Shown here piece after piece: positions 12,745 through 25,685 of a stretch of 64,000 bases of DNA. How positions within the stretch are numbered: the first letter of the stretch is position 1; every line of letters starts with the position of its first letter. The notes beneath the pieces are model-generated. The model had not been told where the DNA came from, did not search any database, and was given only the letters and a program-made list of their open reading frames with translations. The DNA is from Vicugna vicugna (taxonomy: Eukaryota): the NCBI GenBank assembly GCA_013265495.1, contig MU058037.1, forward strand, positions 497,498 to 561,497. Direction: 5' to 3'. Position numbers and translations under genes: made by a program.

Positions 12745-12830
12745 CATTCATTCATCATTCTTTTCATTCATTCAATAAATATTTATTGTGTTTTGGCTAA
12801 GTACCAGGCATTGTTTTAGACAGAGCAGAA
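12745..12830 (-). mobile_element. L2 3' tail
   Basis: cattcattcaataaatatttattg...taccaggcattgttttagac. Confidence 0.65.
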
Positions 12831-14844
12831 AAATCTTACCTCAGTCTTACTCTTCTGTAGTTAATCTGTGCTATACAACATGGATACTTAAAAGCTTTTT
12901 TTCCAAATGTCTGTAAAGTTAAATATTTTGCCATTATGTGGTTGAAATTACAGTTCTTTAATTCACTTTTGTCTGGCATATGGTGAGCCCTTAAATTTGC
13001 TTTGTGCGTTTTATCCTCTTACTCATTTTGAAAAATTGTGATTTTGATTATTGCTTCTATTTCAATTCCTGTTTTCCAAAAAAAGACTTAAAATTGTTAA
13101 ATTGGCTCTTCAGTCTATATTCTATACATTATCAGCTAGTTTAAACTCTTTTTCCTTTTTTCCTGCTTTTTGTGAAAACTCCCCAAATATATCTACTAAT
13201 TTAGTGTCCACTCCATTAATTTGATGGTTTTCCAGAATAAATTATGCTCTTTACTATCTGCAATGGGATTCAATTCTGTACTGCTTTCAATTTCACTGTA
13301 ATTCTTTTCTATCTCATCAATTTTCCTTTATATATAGTCCTGCTGCGTTTTCTTCTCTGCCTGTACCCTTAATTAGATTGAGTTGGTATCTTCTTGTTAT
13401 CTTTTAACAATTTTAGCTTTGCCTTTCCTGAATTTTACAGATGGTATGCCTTCCCCTTATGTTTTGTGGACATTATGTTGTTATATATTTCTGTTTTGCT
13501 TATGTTCACTTAACTAAAGAAATATCCTGAGATGATGTTTGTGAATTGACAAAATATATGAGGCCTTTGGCCTCACTATTTGTCAAGAACCTCCTCATAC
13601 CAATTGCTGGAAGACTGGTTGATGTCTACAGACCAATTCTCAGCAATTATACTATTTTCTAACACAGGATTATTGGACTGATTTGGAATATTCTCCTACC
13701 CCCATTATCTGGGGGAATTAATGCATAATTTAAAGAATACTCTAATTCCCTTTGTGTCCTCTCTTTGGAACCTTGTTTTATTTATTCCTGTCTTTGGTGT
13801 TTTATATGTGAATGCCCTATGTTTTAGAAGTCACTATGCTGTTGAAAGCTTCCTATCCACCTTTGCTCCCATGGCCTTCTGGAAGTTTTAGTCTCAAACA
13901 AGTTGTAGCAAGATACAAGATACGCACTAGTTGGTGGAAGGGGTCGGGACAGAAAGATGAGCAGTCAGTAGAAGGGTGGATGCCCAACTCTTTAGTGAGT
14001 ATAGGCTTTACATTTCTGAATAAAGAATTCAGAGGAGCAAAAGGTCTTCCAGCTCACTTTTAGAAGAGCTTAGCATGGTGCACCAGCAACAATGTTTTCA
14101 ATCTCTCCGTCAGCCTTGTCTTAGTTGAAATTCCTCTCATGTTGTATAGACAGATTGACAGTTAGGGCTAGTTTTTCATTGTTTGGAGTTGTCTTTTCTC
14201 ATATCATCAAAGTTACTTTCATTGCAGGTTAAGAGACGTTTCATCAGAGACTGCTAATCAGATTCTATTTTAAACTAGGAACTCTATTGTGTTGAAGGTA
14301 GGGAATAAGGTAAAGGGACAGATAGAAGCCACACTTTTCAGAACATACCTTGCTTATAGAGTTGAATTTAAAACTATATAAATGTCTTATATAAATAAAA
14401 CAAAAATTAAATTTTAAAAATCTTTTCCTTTTCTGCCAGTGTAGTCCTTCCACTTCCTTGTCCACTGTTGTGCATCCTTTACTTATGCTCATCACACAGA
14501 GGTGTCCCGTGGCAGCCCAGTCCAAGATATCCTAGGTGGTTTCTCCTCATCTCAGCCTCATTGTCACTTTTTCTGTGATTTCTCTCCTTTCCTAATTGTT
14601 CCTGGGGCTGCTGCACCTTATCCATTTCTTTTCCACAACTCTGAGGTTGGAAGATAAAAGGGATGTGTAGAAGAGAGAAAGAAGAGCTATCTTAGTTATG
14701 TTTCTGTTGGTTGCGATGTTAGTTTCATTGCCCCAGCTGGAGATGAGAAAAGCTTTGGGGGTTTATATAGCTGTGGGAAATTAGGAAGTATTAATTCACT
14801 GTTTTCCAGGGACATTTTTATATAGAGGCATTTAAAAATTTTAA

Positions 14845-15622
14845 ATATTATTTTATTTTTTGACAGTTTCAATGTACATTTTATAAAATATTGACTATAT
14901 TCCCAATGTTGTACAATATACCTTTGTAGCTTATTTGTGCATGATACTTTGTACCTCTTAATCACTTGCCTCTATGTTGCCGCCCCTTCCCTCTCTCTAC
15001 TGGTAATTACTGGTTTGTTCTCCATACCTGTGAGTCTGCTTCTTTTTTGTTATATTCACTAGATTTTTGTATTGTTTTAGATTCCACATATAAGCGATAT
15101 CATACAGTATTTGTCTTTGATTTATTTCACTAAGCATAGTATTTTCTCGGTGTATCCACATTGCTGTTATGTGGCAGTATTTCATTCTTCTTTTCTGGCA
15201 GGGTAGCGTCCATTGTGTATTTATTTACCACATCTTCTTTATTCATTCATCTGTTGATGGACACTTAGATTGCTTCCATATCTTTGCAATTGTAAATAAT
15301 GTTGCTATGAACACTGAGATGCATTTATCTTTTTGAATTATTGTTTTTCTGGGTTTTTTGGGTATATATACCCAGGAGTGGAATTGCTGAGTCATATGGT
15401 AGTTCTATTTTTAGTTTTTTGAGAAACCTCCATAGTGTTTTTCATAGTAGCTGCACCAATTTACATTCCTACCAACAGGGTAACACAGTTCCCTTTTCTC
15501 CACATCCTCCCCAACATTTGTTATTTGTGGGTTTTTTTGATGATAGCCATTTTGACAGGTGTGAGGTGATATCTCATTCTGGTTTTGATTTGCATTTTCC
15601 TAATGGTTAGTGATGTTGAGCT
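14845..15622 (-). mobile_element. 5'-truncated L1 (3'UTR and ORF2 end)
   Basis: T-rich start, agattccacatataag, cccaggagtggaattgctg, gacaggtgtgaggtgatatctc. Confidence 0.9.
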
Positions 15623-17189
15623 AATCCTCAATAGTAAATTCATGCTATTCTGGATTTTTAAACTATTAACACATTTGTTCTAAGCATGAAGATAAAGCAA
15701 TATTTTAAAACATTCTTTGTATTCCACATGGTACTGAGGTCTATGAGGAACACCGAAGAAGTGATCCTGTTCTCTTAAGTACTAGTTGAGAAGATAATGT
15801 TATGCTTCAAGCAACAAGACAGCATGATAAAGGCCCAAAATATAAGGCAAAGACTCAGTGTATTATAAGAACAAATGATGAGACCCATTAAGGTATTAAA
15901 ATATGAGATCAATTAAGTCTTAAAAGTTCAATGTAATTTAGTAGAGCAAAGTGAATGAGTGACTATAGCAGAATGATTCTGAAAATGGGGATAACATTTA
16001 ATCTCCACTTCTATTTATTTATTTTATTTTGAAAATCTCTCCAACTTCATTTTTAAAGTCCTATCCACAATTATAAATAGGGAACCATCTCTGTTGAACT
16101 TCCCGAGGGTTACATAGTTTGGAGATAGAAATGGTGCTGAAAGTACACAGTTCCCATACACCCACTTATCCCCTCCCTACAGTTTTCCCTCTTATTAACA
16201 TCTTGCATTAGTGTGGTACTTTTGTTAAAATTGATGAGCCAATATTAATACATTATTATTAACAGAAGTCCATAGTTTACATTAGGGCTCACTCCGTGTT
16301 GTACATATTATTGGTTTTGACAAATGTTAATGATGTTTTCTGCCATTACAGTAGAATACAGAATAGTTTTCATTGCTCTAAAATTCTCCCACACTCCACC
16401 TATTTATTCCTAATTCCTTATTTCCCAAACCTGTAGCAATCTCTGATCTTTTTTTGTCTCCATAGTTTTGCCTTTTTCAAAATGTCACATAACTGGAATA
16501 ATATAGTTCATAGCCTTCTCAGATTGCCTTCTTCACTTGGCAGTGTGCATTTAAGTTTCCATCTCTTTTCGTGGCTTCATATCTCATTTCTGTTTAGCAC
16601 TGTATAATATTCCATTGTATGAATATACAACAATTTGTATATCCATTCACCTATTGAAGTACATTTTGGTTGTTTCAAGTTTGGGCAACTATCAATAAAG
16701 ATGCAAACCTTTATGAGGACCTTTGTTTTAAATTCATTTAGATAAATACCATGGAACACGATTTGATGGATCCTATGGTAAGAATATGTTAGTTTTGTAA
16801 GAAACTGCCAAAATGTCTTCCAAAGTGTCTGTATCCTTTTTAATTCCCACAAGCAATGAATGAGAATTCTTATTGCTCTACATCCTTTATACCCTTTGGT
16901 GTTGCCAGTGTTCTGTATTTTAGACATTCTAATAGGTGTTTGGTGTTATTGCTGTTTTAATTTACAATTCCATAAAGACATTACATGTTGAGCATCTGTC
17001 ATATGCATATTTTCCATCTACATTATCTTCCTTGATGAGGTGTCTAGTCAATATTTTTCCCATTTATAATTACATTGTTTGATTTTTTTATTGTTGAGTG
17101 TTAAAATTACTTTGTATATTTTGAATACTAGACATTTATGAGATGCTTTGCAAAATTTGCCTCCCAGTCTGTGTATTCCTTTTCATTCT

Positions 17190-17445
17190 TTTTTCAGTTG
17201 AAGTATATAGTTGGTTTACAATGTTGTGTTAGTTTCTAGTGTATAGCATAGTGATTCAGTTATACATATATATTCTTTTTCATATACTTTTCATTATGCT
17301 TACTATAGGATATTGAATGTAGTTCCCTGTGCTATACACTCAAACCTTGCTGTTTATCTGTTTTATATGTAGTAGTTTGTATCTGCTAATCCCAAACTCC
17401 TAATTTACCCCTCCTCCACTTTCCCTTTGGTAACTATGTTTGTTG
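17190..17445 (-). mobile_element. Cetartiodactyl-type L1 3'UTR fragment
   Basis: gttgaagtatatagttggtttacaatgttgtgttagtttc...gttccctgtgctatac. Confidence 0.85.
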
Positions 17446-17449
17446 GGCT

Positions 17450-18957
17450 TTTTTTTTTTAAATTTTCACTCTTATTATTGAAGTATAGTCAGTTTACAAT
17501 GTTGTGTCAGTTTCTGGTGTACAGCATAATGTTTCAGTCATACATATACATACATATATTCCTTTTCATATTCTTTTTCATTATAGGTTACTATAAGATA
17601 TTAAATACAGTTCCCTGTGCTATACAGTAGAAACTTGTGTATCTGTTTTATATATAGTAGTTAGTGTCTGCAAATCTTGAATTCCCAATTTATCCCTTCC
17701 CACCCCTTTTACTCCCTGTAACCATAAGTTTGTTCTCTATGTCTGTGAGTCTGTTTTATAAATAAGTTCATTTCTCTTTTTTTTTAGATTCCACATATAA
17801 GTGCTATCATATGGTATTTTACTTTCTCTTTCTGGCTTACCTCGCTTAGAATGACATTCTCCAGGTCCATCCATGTTGCTGTAAATGGCATTATTTTATT
17901 CTTTTTATGGCTGAGTAGTATTCCATTTTATATATTTACTGCATTGTCTTTATCCAGTCATCTGTCAGTGGACATTTACATTGTTTTCATGTCTTGGCTA
18001 TTGTAAATAGTGCTGCTATGAACATTGGGGTACATGTATCTTTTTGAATTAAGGTTCCCTCTGGATATATGCCCAGGAGTGGGATTGCTGGATCATATGG
18101 TAACTCAATTTTCAGTTTTTAAGGAATCTCCATACTTTTCTCCATAGTGGCTGCACCAATTTACATTCCCACCAGCAGTGTAAAAGGGTTCCCTTTTCTC
18201 CATACCCTCTATTATTGTTTGTGGACTTTTTAATGATGATCATTCTGGCTGGTGTGAGGTGATACCTCACTGAATTTTTTATTTGCATTTCTCTGATAAT
18301 TAGCAATATTGAACATTTTTTCATGTGCCTATTAGACATTTGTACAGCTTCATTAGAGAAATGTTTGTTCAGGTCTTCTGCCTGTTTTTGGATTGGATTG
18401 TTTTTGTTATTGAGTTGTATGAGCCGTTTGTATATTCTGGAAATTAAGCCCTTGTCAGTCACATCATTTGCAAATACTTTCTCCCAGTCCATAAGTTGTG
18501 TTTTAACTTTGTTTACGATTTCCTTTGCTGTGCAAAAGCTTTGAAGCTTGATTAGGTCCCATTTGTTTATTTTTGCTTTAATTTCTATTGCCTTGGGAGA
18601 CTGATGTAGGAAAACATTGCTATGATTTATGTCAGAGAATGTTTTGCCTATGCTCTTTTCTGGGAGATTTATGGTGTCCTGTCTTATGTTTAAGTCTTTA
18701 AGCCATTTTGAGTTTATTTTAGTGTATGACATGGGAGTGTTCTAACTTCATCGATTTACATGTAACTGTATAGCTCTCCCAATGCCACTTGTCAGAGACT
18801 GTCTTTTCTCCATTGTATATTTTTGCTTTCTTTGTCAAAGATTAATTGACCATAGGTGTGTGGGTTTATTTCTGGGCTCTCTATTCTATTCCATTGATCC
18901 ATAGGTCTGTTTTTGTGTCAGTGCTGCGCTGTTTTGATTACTGTAGCTTTGTAGTTA
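17450..18957 (-). mobile_element. Younger L1 3' portion with a 206-aa ORF2 remnant (18112-18732)
   Basis: [18 protein letters not shown]...[18 protein letters not shown]...[13 protein letters not shown]. Confidence 0.92.
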
Positions 18958-19811
18958 CTTCCATTCTCTCTTCAGTGTCCTTAAAAGAGAAAATTTTCAT
19001 TTTAATGAAATCCGTCTTAGCATTTTTCTTTCATAGATCACACTTTTGGAGTTGCATTGGAAAAGTCATCACCAAACCCAGGGTCACCTAGATTTTCACT
19101 TATGCTATTATATTCTAGGAGTTTCTTAGCTTTGCATTTTACATTTAGGTGTAGGCTCCATTTTGAATTAATTTTTGTCAAGGGATTTTTTTTTTTGACT
19201 ACGTTAATGAGGGATATTGGTATGTGGTTTTTTTGATATCTTTTTCTGGCTTTGGTATCAGATTAATACTAGCTTCATAAAATGAATTAAAAGGCATGTT
19301 TCCTCTTTCTGTACTGAAAGACCTTGCAAAAAGTTTTGGTTTTATTTTTCATTAAATATTTGATATAATTCACAAATGAAACTATTTTTCTTTGTGGGAT
19401 TAAAAAACTTCTAACAGCTTTGTTTTGCAATAATTGACATAAAATAATCTATACGTATTTAAATCCTATAATTTAATAAGTTTTGACATATGTATAAATC
19501 ATTACTACAATAATAGACAGATATATTAGCTCCAAAATTAAATTGTCCTCATGAATCTGTCTACCCTTCTCTGACCGTAGATCCCCTGAAAAACACTGAT
19601 GTTCTTTCTGTCAGTACAGATTAGTTTCCAGTTTCTTCAATCATATAAATTGAATCATACATTGTATGTTCTTTTTGGTCTGATTTATTTCACTCATCAT
19701 ATTTACTTTGAGGTTTATCTCTGTTGTAGTATGTATCAATAGTTCATTCCTTTTCATTGCTGAGAAGTATTCTATCATATGGGTATACCACAATTTTGTT
19801 TTGTTGTTTTG

Positions 19812-21505
19812 TTTTTAACTTTTTTTTTTAAATTATGCTCAGTTTACGATGTGTCAATTTCCAGTGTAGAGCACAATTTTTCAATTATACATGAACATAC
19901 ATATATTGATTGTCACATTCTTTTTCGCTGTAAGCTACCACAAGATCTTGTATATATTTCCCTGTCCTATACAGTATAATCTTGTTTATCTATTCTACAT
20001 ATGCCTGTCAGTATCTACTAATTTCAAACTCCCAGTCTGTCCCTTCCCACCCTCCTCCCCCTTGGCAACCACAGTTTGTATTCTATGTCTGTGAGTGTTT
20101 CTGTTTTGTATTTATATTCTTTTCTTTTTTTTTTCCTTACCTACTTCTCATATTTGGGTTTTTTTTTTAACATTTTTTAATTGCGTTATAGTCATTTTAC
20201 AATGTTGTGTCAAATTCCAGTGTAGAGCACAATTTTTCAGTTATACATGAACATACATACATTCATTGTCACATTTATTTTCCCTTGTGAGCTACCATAA
20301 GATCTTGTGTGTATATTTCCCTGTGCTATACAGTATAATCTTGTTTATCTGTTCTACATTTTGAAATCCTAGTCTGTCCCTTCCCACCCCCCTCCCAAAC
20401 TTGGCAACCACAAGTTTGTATTCTATGTCTATGAGTCTGTTTCACCTTACCTACTTCTCATATTTGGGTTTTTTTTTTAACATTTTTTAATTGCGTTATA
20501 GTCATTTTACAATGTTGTGTCAAATTCCAGTGTAGAGCACAATTTTTCAGTTATACATGAACATACATACATTCATTGTCACATTTATTTTCCCTTGTGA
20601 GCTACCATAAGATCTTGTGTGTATATTTCCCTGTGCTATACAGTATAATCTTGTTTATCTGTTCTACATTTTGAAATCCTAGTCTGTCCCTTCCCACCCC
20701 CCTCCCAAACTTGGCAACCACAAGTTTGTATTCTATGTCTATGAGTCTGTTTCTGTTTTGTATTTATGTTCTTTTTTTTTTTTTTTGATTCCACATATGA
20801 GCGATCTTATATGGTATTTTTCTTTCGCTTTCTGGCTTACTTCACTTAGAATGACATTCTCAAGGAACGTCCATGTTGCTGCAGATGGCGTTATGGTGTC
20901 TTTTTATGGCTGAATAGTATTCCATTGTTTAAATATACAGCATCTTCTTTATCCAGTCATCTGTCGATGGAAATTTAGGCTGTTTCCATGTCTTGGCTAT
21001 TGTAAATAGTGCTGCTATGAACGTTGGGGTGCAGGTGTCTTTTGAATTAGGGTTCCTTCCATGCCCAGGACTGGGACTGCTGGGTCATATGGTAAGTCTA
21101 TTCCTAGTCTTTTGAGGAATCTCCATACTGTTTTCCACAGTGGCTGCACCAACCTGCATTCCCACCAGCAGTGTAGGAGGGTTCCCTTTTCTCCACAGCT
21201 TCTCCAGCATTTGTCATTTGTGGACTTTTGAATGATGGCCATTCTGACTGGTGTGAGGGGATACCTCATTAGTAATTTTGAATTTCTCTGGTAATTGGTG
21301 ATATTGAGCATTTTTTCATGTGCCTATTGATCATTTGTATTTCTTCCTTGGAGAATTGCTTGCTTAGATCTTCTACCCATTTTTGGATTGGGTTGTGTTG
21401 TTTTCTTATTAAGTTGTATGAGCTGCTTAAATATTCTGGAGATCAAGCCTTTGTCGGTTTCATCTTTTGCAAAAATTTTCTCCCATTCCGTGGTTTGTCG
21501 TTTTG
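19812..21505 (-). mobile_element. Cluster of young lineage-specific L1 3' ends (19812-20134 and 20159-21505)
   Basis: ttccagtgtagagcacaatttttc-type 3'UTRs; ORF2 C-terminus at 21015-21311. Confidence 0.9.
20135..20753. repeat. Perfect tandem duplication, period 310 bp
   Basis: 20135-20443 appears identical to 20445-20753. Confidence 0.95.
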
Positions 21506-21999
21506 TTTTGTTTTGTTTTGTTCTAATCTATTCATCTGTTGATGTACCTTTCGGTCTCTTTCCTGTTATGGGCCATTATAAATAAAGCTGTTATAAACAG
21601 TTATACAAGTCTTTGTATGGAGATATGCTTTCATTTTTCTTGGGTTATACCTAGGAGGGGGATAGCTGAATCTTATGTCAGGTGAATGCTTGGCTTTTTA
21701 AGAAACTTCTAAACTTTTTTCCTAAGTAGCCACAACATTTTGTCTTCCATCCATCGGTGGATGAGAGTTATAGTTATTCCACATCCTTGCTAACCATAGG
21801 TATGGTCAGTCTCTTTAATTTTAGACTTCCTCATTGGTCTGTAGTGGTATCTCACTATGGTTCTTTTTCCTCATGACTAATGATGTTGACATTAGTCAAC
21901 ATGTGGTTTAACTTCATTTTGTTTCATGTGGTTATTTACCATCCGTATGCCTTTTCTGATGAAGTGTTTGTTGAAATTCTTTGCTTGTTCTTTTGTTAT

Positions 22000-23400
22000 T
22001 GTTGTTAATATTGTTGGATTAGATTTGCTAAAATTTTGTTTAGAATTACTGCATTTTTGTCCTTGAGGGATATTAGTCCTTAGTTTTCTTACAACATTTT
22101 AGCTGTTTTTGGTAATAACATAATGATGGTCTTAATGATGGTCTCAGTGGTGAGTTAAAAAATACTCCCCCCTCTTCAATTTCTGGCTGATTTTGTATAG
22201 AATTAGTAATATTCCTTCTTTAATTGTTTGGTTATTTACCATTGAAGCCATCTGATCCTGAAATTATCTTTGTAGAAAGGAATTTAACTTTCAATTTCTT
22301 AAATAAAGGGTTATTCTCTAGGTCTATCTATGTTACTGCAAATGGCATGTAGAGATTATCATACTAAGTGAAGAAAGTCAGAAACAGAAAGACAGATACC
22401 GTATGGTATCACTTATATGTGGAATCTAAAATATGCAAATGAGCTTATTTACAAAACAGAAACAGACTCATAGGCATAGAAAACAAATATGGTTACCAGA
22501 GGATAAGGGGTAGGGGGTAATAAATTAGGAATTTGGGATTAGCAGATACAAATTACTCTATATAAAATAAACAACAAGGTCCTACTGTATAGCACAGGGA
22601 ACTATATTCAATATCATATAATAAACCATAATGGAAAAGAATATGGAAAAGTATTTTACATATGTATATAAAACTGAATCACTTTGCTCTACACCAGAAA
22701 CTAACACAACATTGTAAATCAACTATACTTCAATAAAAAATAAAATCTAAAAATAGGGTCATTCAGGTTACCTATTCTTCAGAGAACTGTGGCAGCTTGT
22801 GCTACCAAGTGATCTGTCCATTTTATCAAAGTTTTAAAATGTATTTGCACAAAAATATTTAAAATATTTCTTCACAGGCTATTAGAAATGTGATATTTAG
22901 TTTCTGAATATTTGGAGATTTTATAGAAATCTTTTTGTTACTGATTTCTAATTTCATTTCATAGTGGTCAGAGAATATATTTAATGTGACCTGAACTCTT
23001 TTAATGTTGTTGAGACTTATTTTCTGACCTCGAATATGATCTATCTTTGTAAATGTTCCCTATTCACTTGGAAATAATTTGTATTCCATTACCGCACAGT
23101 TAAAGAGATTCACTCTATACTGACCACATCAGTGAAGCTGTCAGCCCTCTTGGCCTGCCCTGCTCTGGCAGAACCTCCATGCCAGTGAGGCTGAAGGGGT
23201 GTTGGGAGCATCCCTGGCAAAAGTGCCCCAGACCCCTACTATTTCTACTCAATATTCAGCAGTTTTTCAAGCATAAGTGCTTCTTACATTGTTATATGCC
23301 TTTGGACTACTGTCATAGTACTGAAATGGTTGTTTTTGTCAATTTTCTTCAGCTTTTTGTTTGCTTTTGGGAGACAGGATTTGCCAAACTGCCCATAGCT
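22000..23400 (-). mobile_element. Old L1M fragments (ORF2 pieces and a 5'-end-like segment at ~23230-23400)
   Basis: ttggattagatttgctaaaattttg, tagtggtcagagaatatat, ctgaaatggttgtttttgtcaatttt. Confidence 0.6.
22317..22748 (+). mobile_element. Short L1 3' end with a ~32-bp 5' inversion and TSD
   Basis: Inverted piece 22317-22348, then sense 3'UTR to aataaa. TSD aaataaagggttattc (22301) / aaaaatagggtcattc (22749). Confidence 0.85.
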
Positions 23401-24483
23401 AGATGATTTTGGGCTATGGTGTTTTAGACGAGTGGGGAAGTTTTGAGGCAGTACTCCTTTACAAAATTATTTTGTTACTCCAAAATCCAGGGTAGTTTCT
23501 CCAAGTTTTGCACTAACAGCTGAGAGAAAAAGACACCTACCTATAGATAAAATGTAACTACAGTTATCCTGTTTTGCAAAGTGTGCATTGGAATTGACAA
23601 ATTCCTTGTTAATTAGCAGATTTTTTTGCATATATGCTCAGTAATAATTAGCAGTTGAGCTCCAGAAGTAACAGAAATTGTACAGAAAAATACAGTGGGC
23701 ATAGTCTCTGTTATTTAGTCTGTACTTTTGAGCATTTGCTTACAGTATGACTAAGATGTCAGTGTGGCATTTTCTTTGAGGCAAGTTTTAAGAGATCTTT
23801 TCCCTGTAGAGTGTCATGGATGGTACACTGAGCTGTGATACGGATAAGGATCAGTGGATAACAAAGAACCAGAACAAAGATAGAAGCAAATCAGGACATA
23901 ACATTTCCTTCAGCTACTCATAGCTAAGTCTTTTTCTAGATCCCAGAAAGTCTGGATTGGAGTTAATACCATTTACACTATACCAGTACTTGCTAATAAT
24001 TATATTTCACATATTTGTACGAGATATTATTTGCATATCTTATATACAAATGTATGATCAAGACTATCAGTTAAAGTATCTGGGTGTAGTGAGGTTACAT
24101 ACTAAATTGCATGTTTTTATCTAGTAGAGGTGCAAATAATTTCTGTCTTGTATAATGGGTAATGCCACAGCTTACAGTGTATTTCTCTGTAGACATATAC
24201 CAGTTTTGTATTTCACTCAGCAATCTTATCCTAATATTCTTTATTGTATTGCTACCGTTAGCTCCTCAAATGTTCTTTGAATTGGTCTTAACATTTTATT
24301 AGTTCCTTCACTGATTAATTTTTAGTGAAATTTTTGACATGAGTTATAATTTTAACATTAAAAATTATACTTTAGTAATACATATGTAGATAGAAAGATT
24401 GAGAAAGAGGGAGAAGAAAAAGGAGAGAGAAAATGTACATTATTTAGTGCACTGTGAATAATTACATTTCTGTGAAATAGATT

Positions 24484-24960
24484 TGTTGACTAAAATAAAT
24501 GTGCAGTCTAAAAGTTGAGAGTTACGTTTTATTTGGCTGGAGGACTCGAGCCAGGATGATAGCCTCTCAGATCCTCTGAGGGACTGCTCCGAAGAGGTAG
24601 GGGAGGAGCTAGGATATATAGGAGCTTTGCAACAAACACCAGGTAGTTGGAACAATAAAAGATGACTTGTTACCTAAAGAAAACAGGCATCTCAAGTTAA
24701 AGAATTTAGTGCTTTTCTATGTATGGGAGGAAGCAAACTTTTGGGCTAGGCTCATTGATTCCTTTGACAAGCACCTAGCTATCTAGGGCCAGTATCCTGT
24801 CCTTTCTTATTCTGAGTCCCCTCAGGGTGCACCATTGTGAGTGGCTGCAGAGGCTGGGCTGCAGGCTTGTCTTCACTAGTGGGTGGTGGCAGTGGCTGAT
24901 GACTTGATGGCTTCAGCATTGTTTGCTTACTGATATGGTTTGCAGTATTTTTAATTCACA
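24484..24960 (-). mobile_element. Solo ERV1 LTR, MER41-like
   Basis: TG...CA termini and a 4-bp TSD GATT (24480-24483, 24961-24964). Minus strand has TATATA followed by AATAAA near the end. Confidence 0.85.
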
Positions 24961-25169
24961 GATTCCGCTATAATTTTTCATTTTAAGACCCTAAGTTAGA
25001 AGGATCCTTTCAGATACAGTTGCTTTATATGCCCGGGTCCCAGTGACATGTACATGAGCAGCCCCTCTTTATAGAGCAGAATAAGGTTGACATTAGAATT
25101 CCCCAGGGAGCAATGTCAAAAATACACTTATTCATGTCCTCCCTTCTCCTTCTCAGTCTGCTTCTATCA

Positions 25170-25685
25170 CACTTCGAGGGTTGGATTCAGCTGGAAGTAA
25201 GAGAAACCAAATTATGTGACTTGCCTAACTAGGAGTTTCCCTATAATTTCTCACTAACCAAGAAATTCAAAGCTGTACTACCCAGGGGAAGTACAGCTGC
25301 TCAAGGAAGTCATTTTGACTCAGACTCCTTTTTCGCTTCCTTCTCCTCCAATTTTAGAGTGAGGCTTTATTCCTCATGGTGAAAAGACATTGGCACTGCC
25401 TTTAAAAGCTATCATTCCCCATTCCAGGCAAGAAGAGAGAAGGATAAAGAGCAAAACACACACCAGCTAGATGTGTCTCTCTTTTCAGGAAAACTATAGA
25501 TTTCCTAGATGCCCATCTCAGCAGATTTCTACTTGTGTCTCATAAGGTAAACTGACTCACAGAGTCAAGTAAAGCTACAGAAGTCTAGAGAGGTATTAAT
25601 GGACACAGCACTTTCTCAATAAAACCTGTGTTCTCATGAGAGGAGAATCCATATTGGATAGGCAGCTAGGTATTACAACCACCAA
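25170..25685 (-). mobile_element. Old MaLR LTR (MLT1J/K/L-like)
   Basis: ttcagctggaagtaagagaaacc...cagcagatttctacttgtgtctcat...atattggataggcagcta. Confidence 0.6.

Larger units (their letters stand above)
16140..19185 (-). mobile_element. L1MC-like element interrupted at ~17190-18957 by younger L1s
   Basis: L1MC-type 3'UTR (tacattattattaacagaagtccatagtttacattagggctcactc). ORF2 resumes near 18958; cttttcattct / cttccattct flank the insert. Confidence 0.75.
19410..21990 (-). mobile_element. Old L1 (L1MB/L1ME-type 3' end) split by a young L1 cluster at ~19800-21520
   Basis: 3'UTR runs to gggtataccacaattttg and resumes at taatctattcatctgttgatg near 21525; ttttgttttgtt flanks both sides. Confidence 0.7.

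Noticed and set aside
18112..18732. Longest ORF (206 aa) as a host gene
   Set aside because: It is an L1 ORF2 remnant.
22121..22144. 12-bp tandem duplication taatgatggtct, and an 18-bp one at 31107-31140
   Set aside because: Ordinary slippage duplications.
23810..23923. Possible exon after ttttccctgtag
   Set aside because: Runs to a stop with no donor support or recognisable protein.
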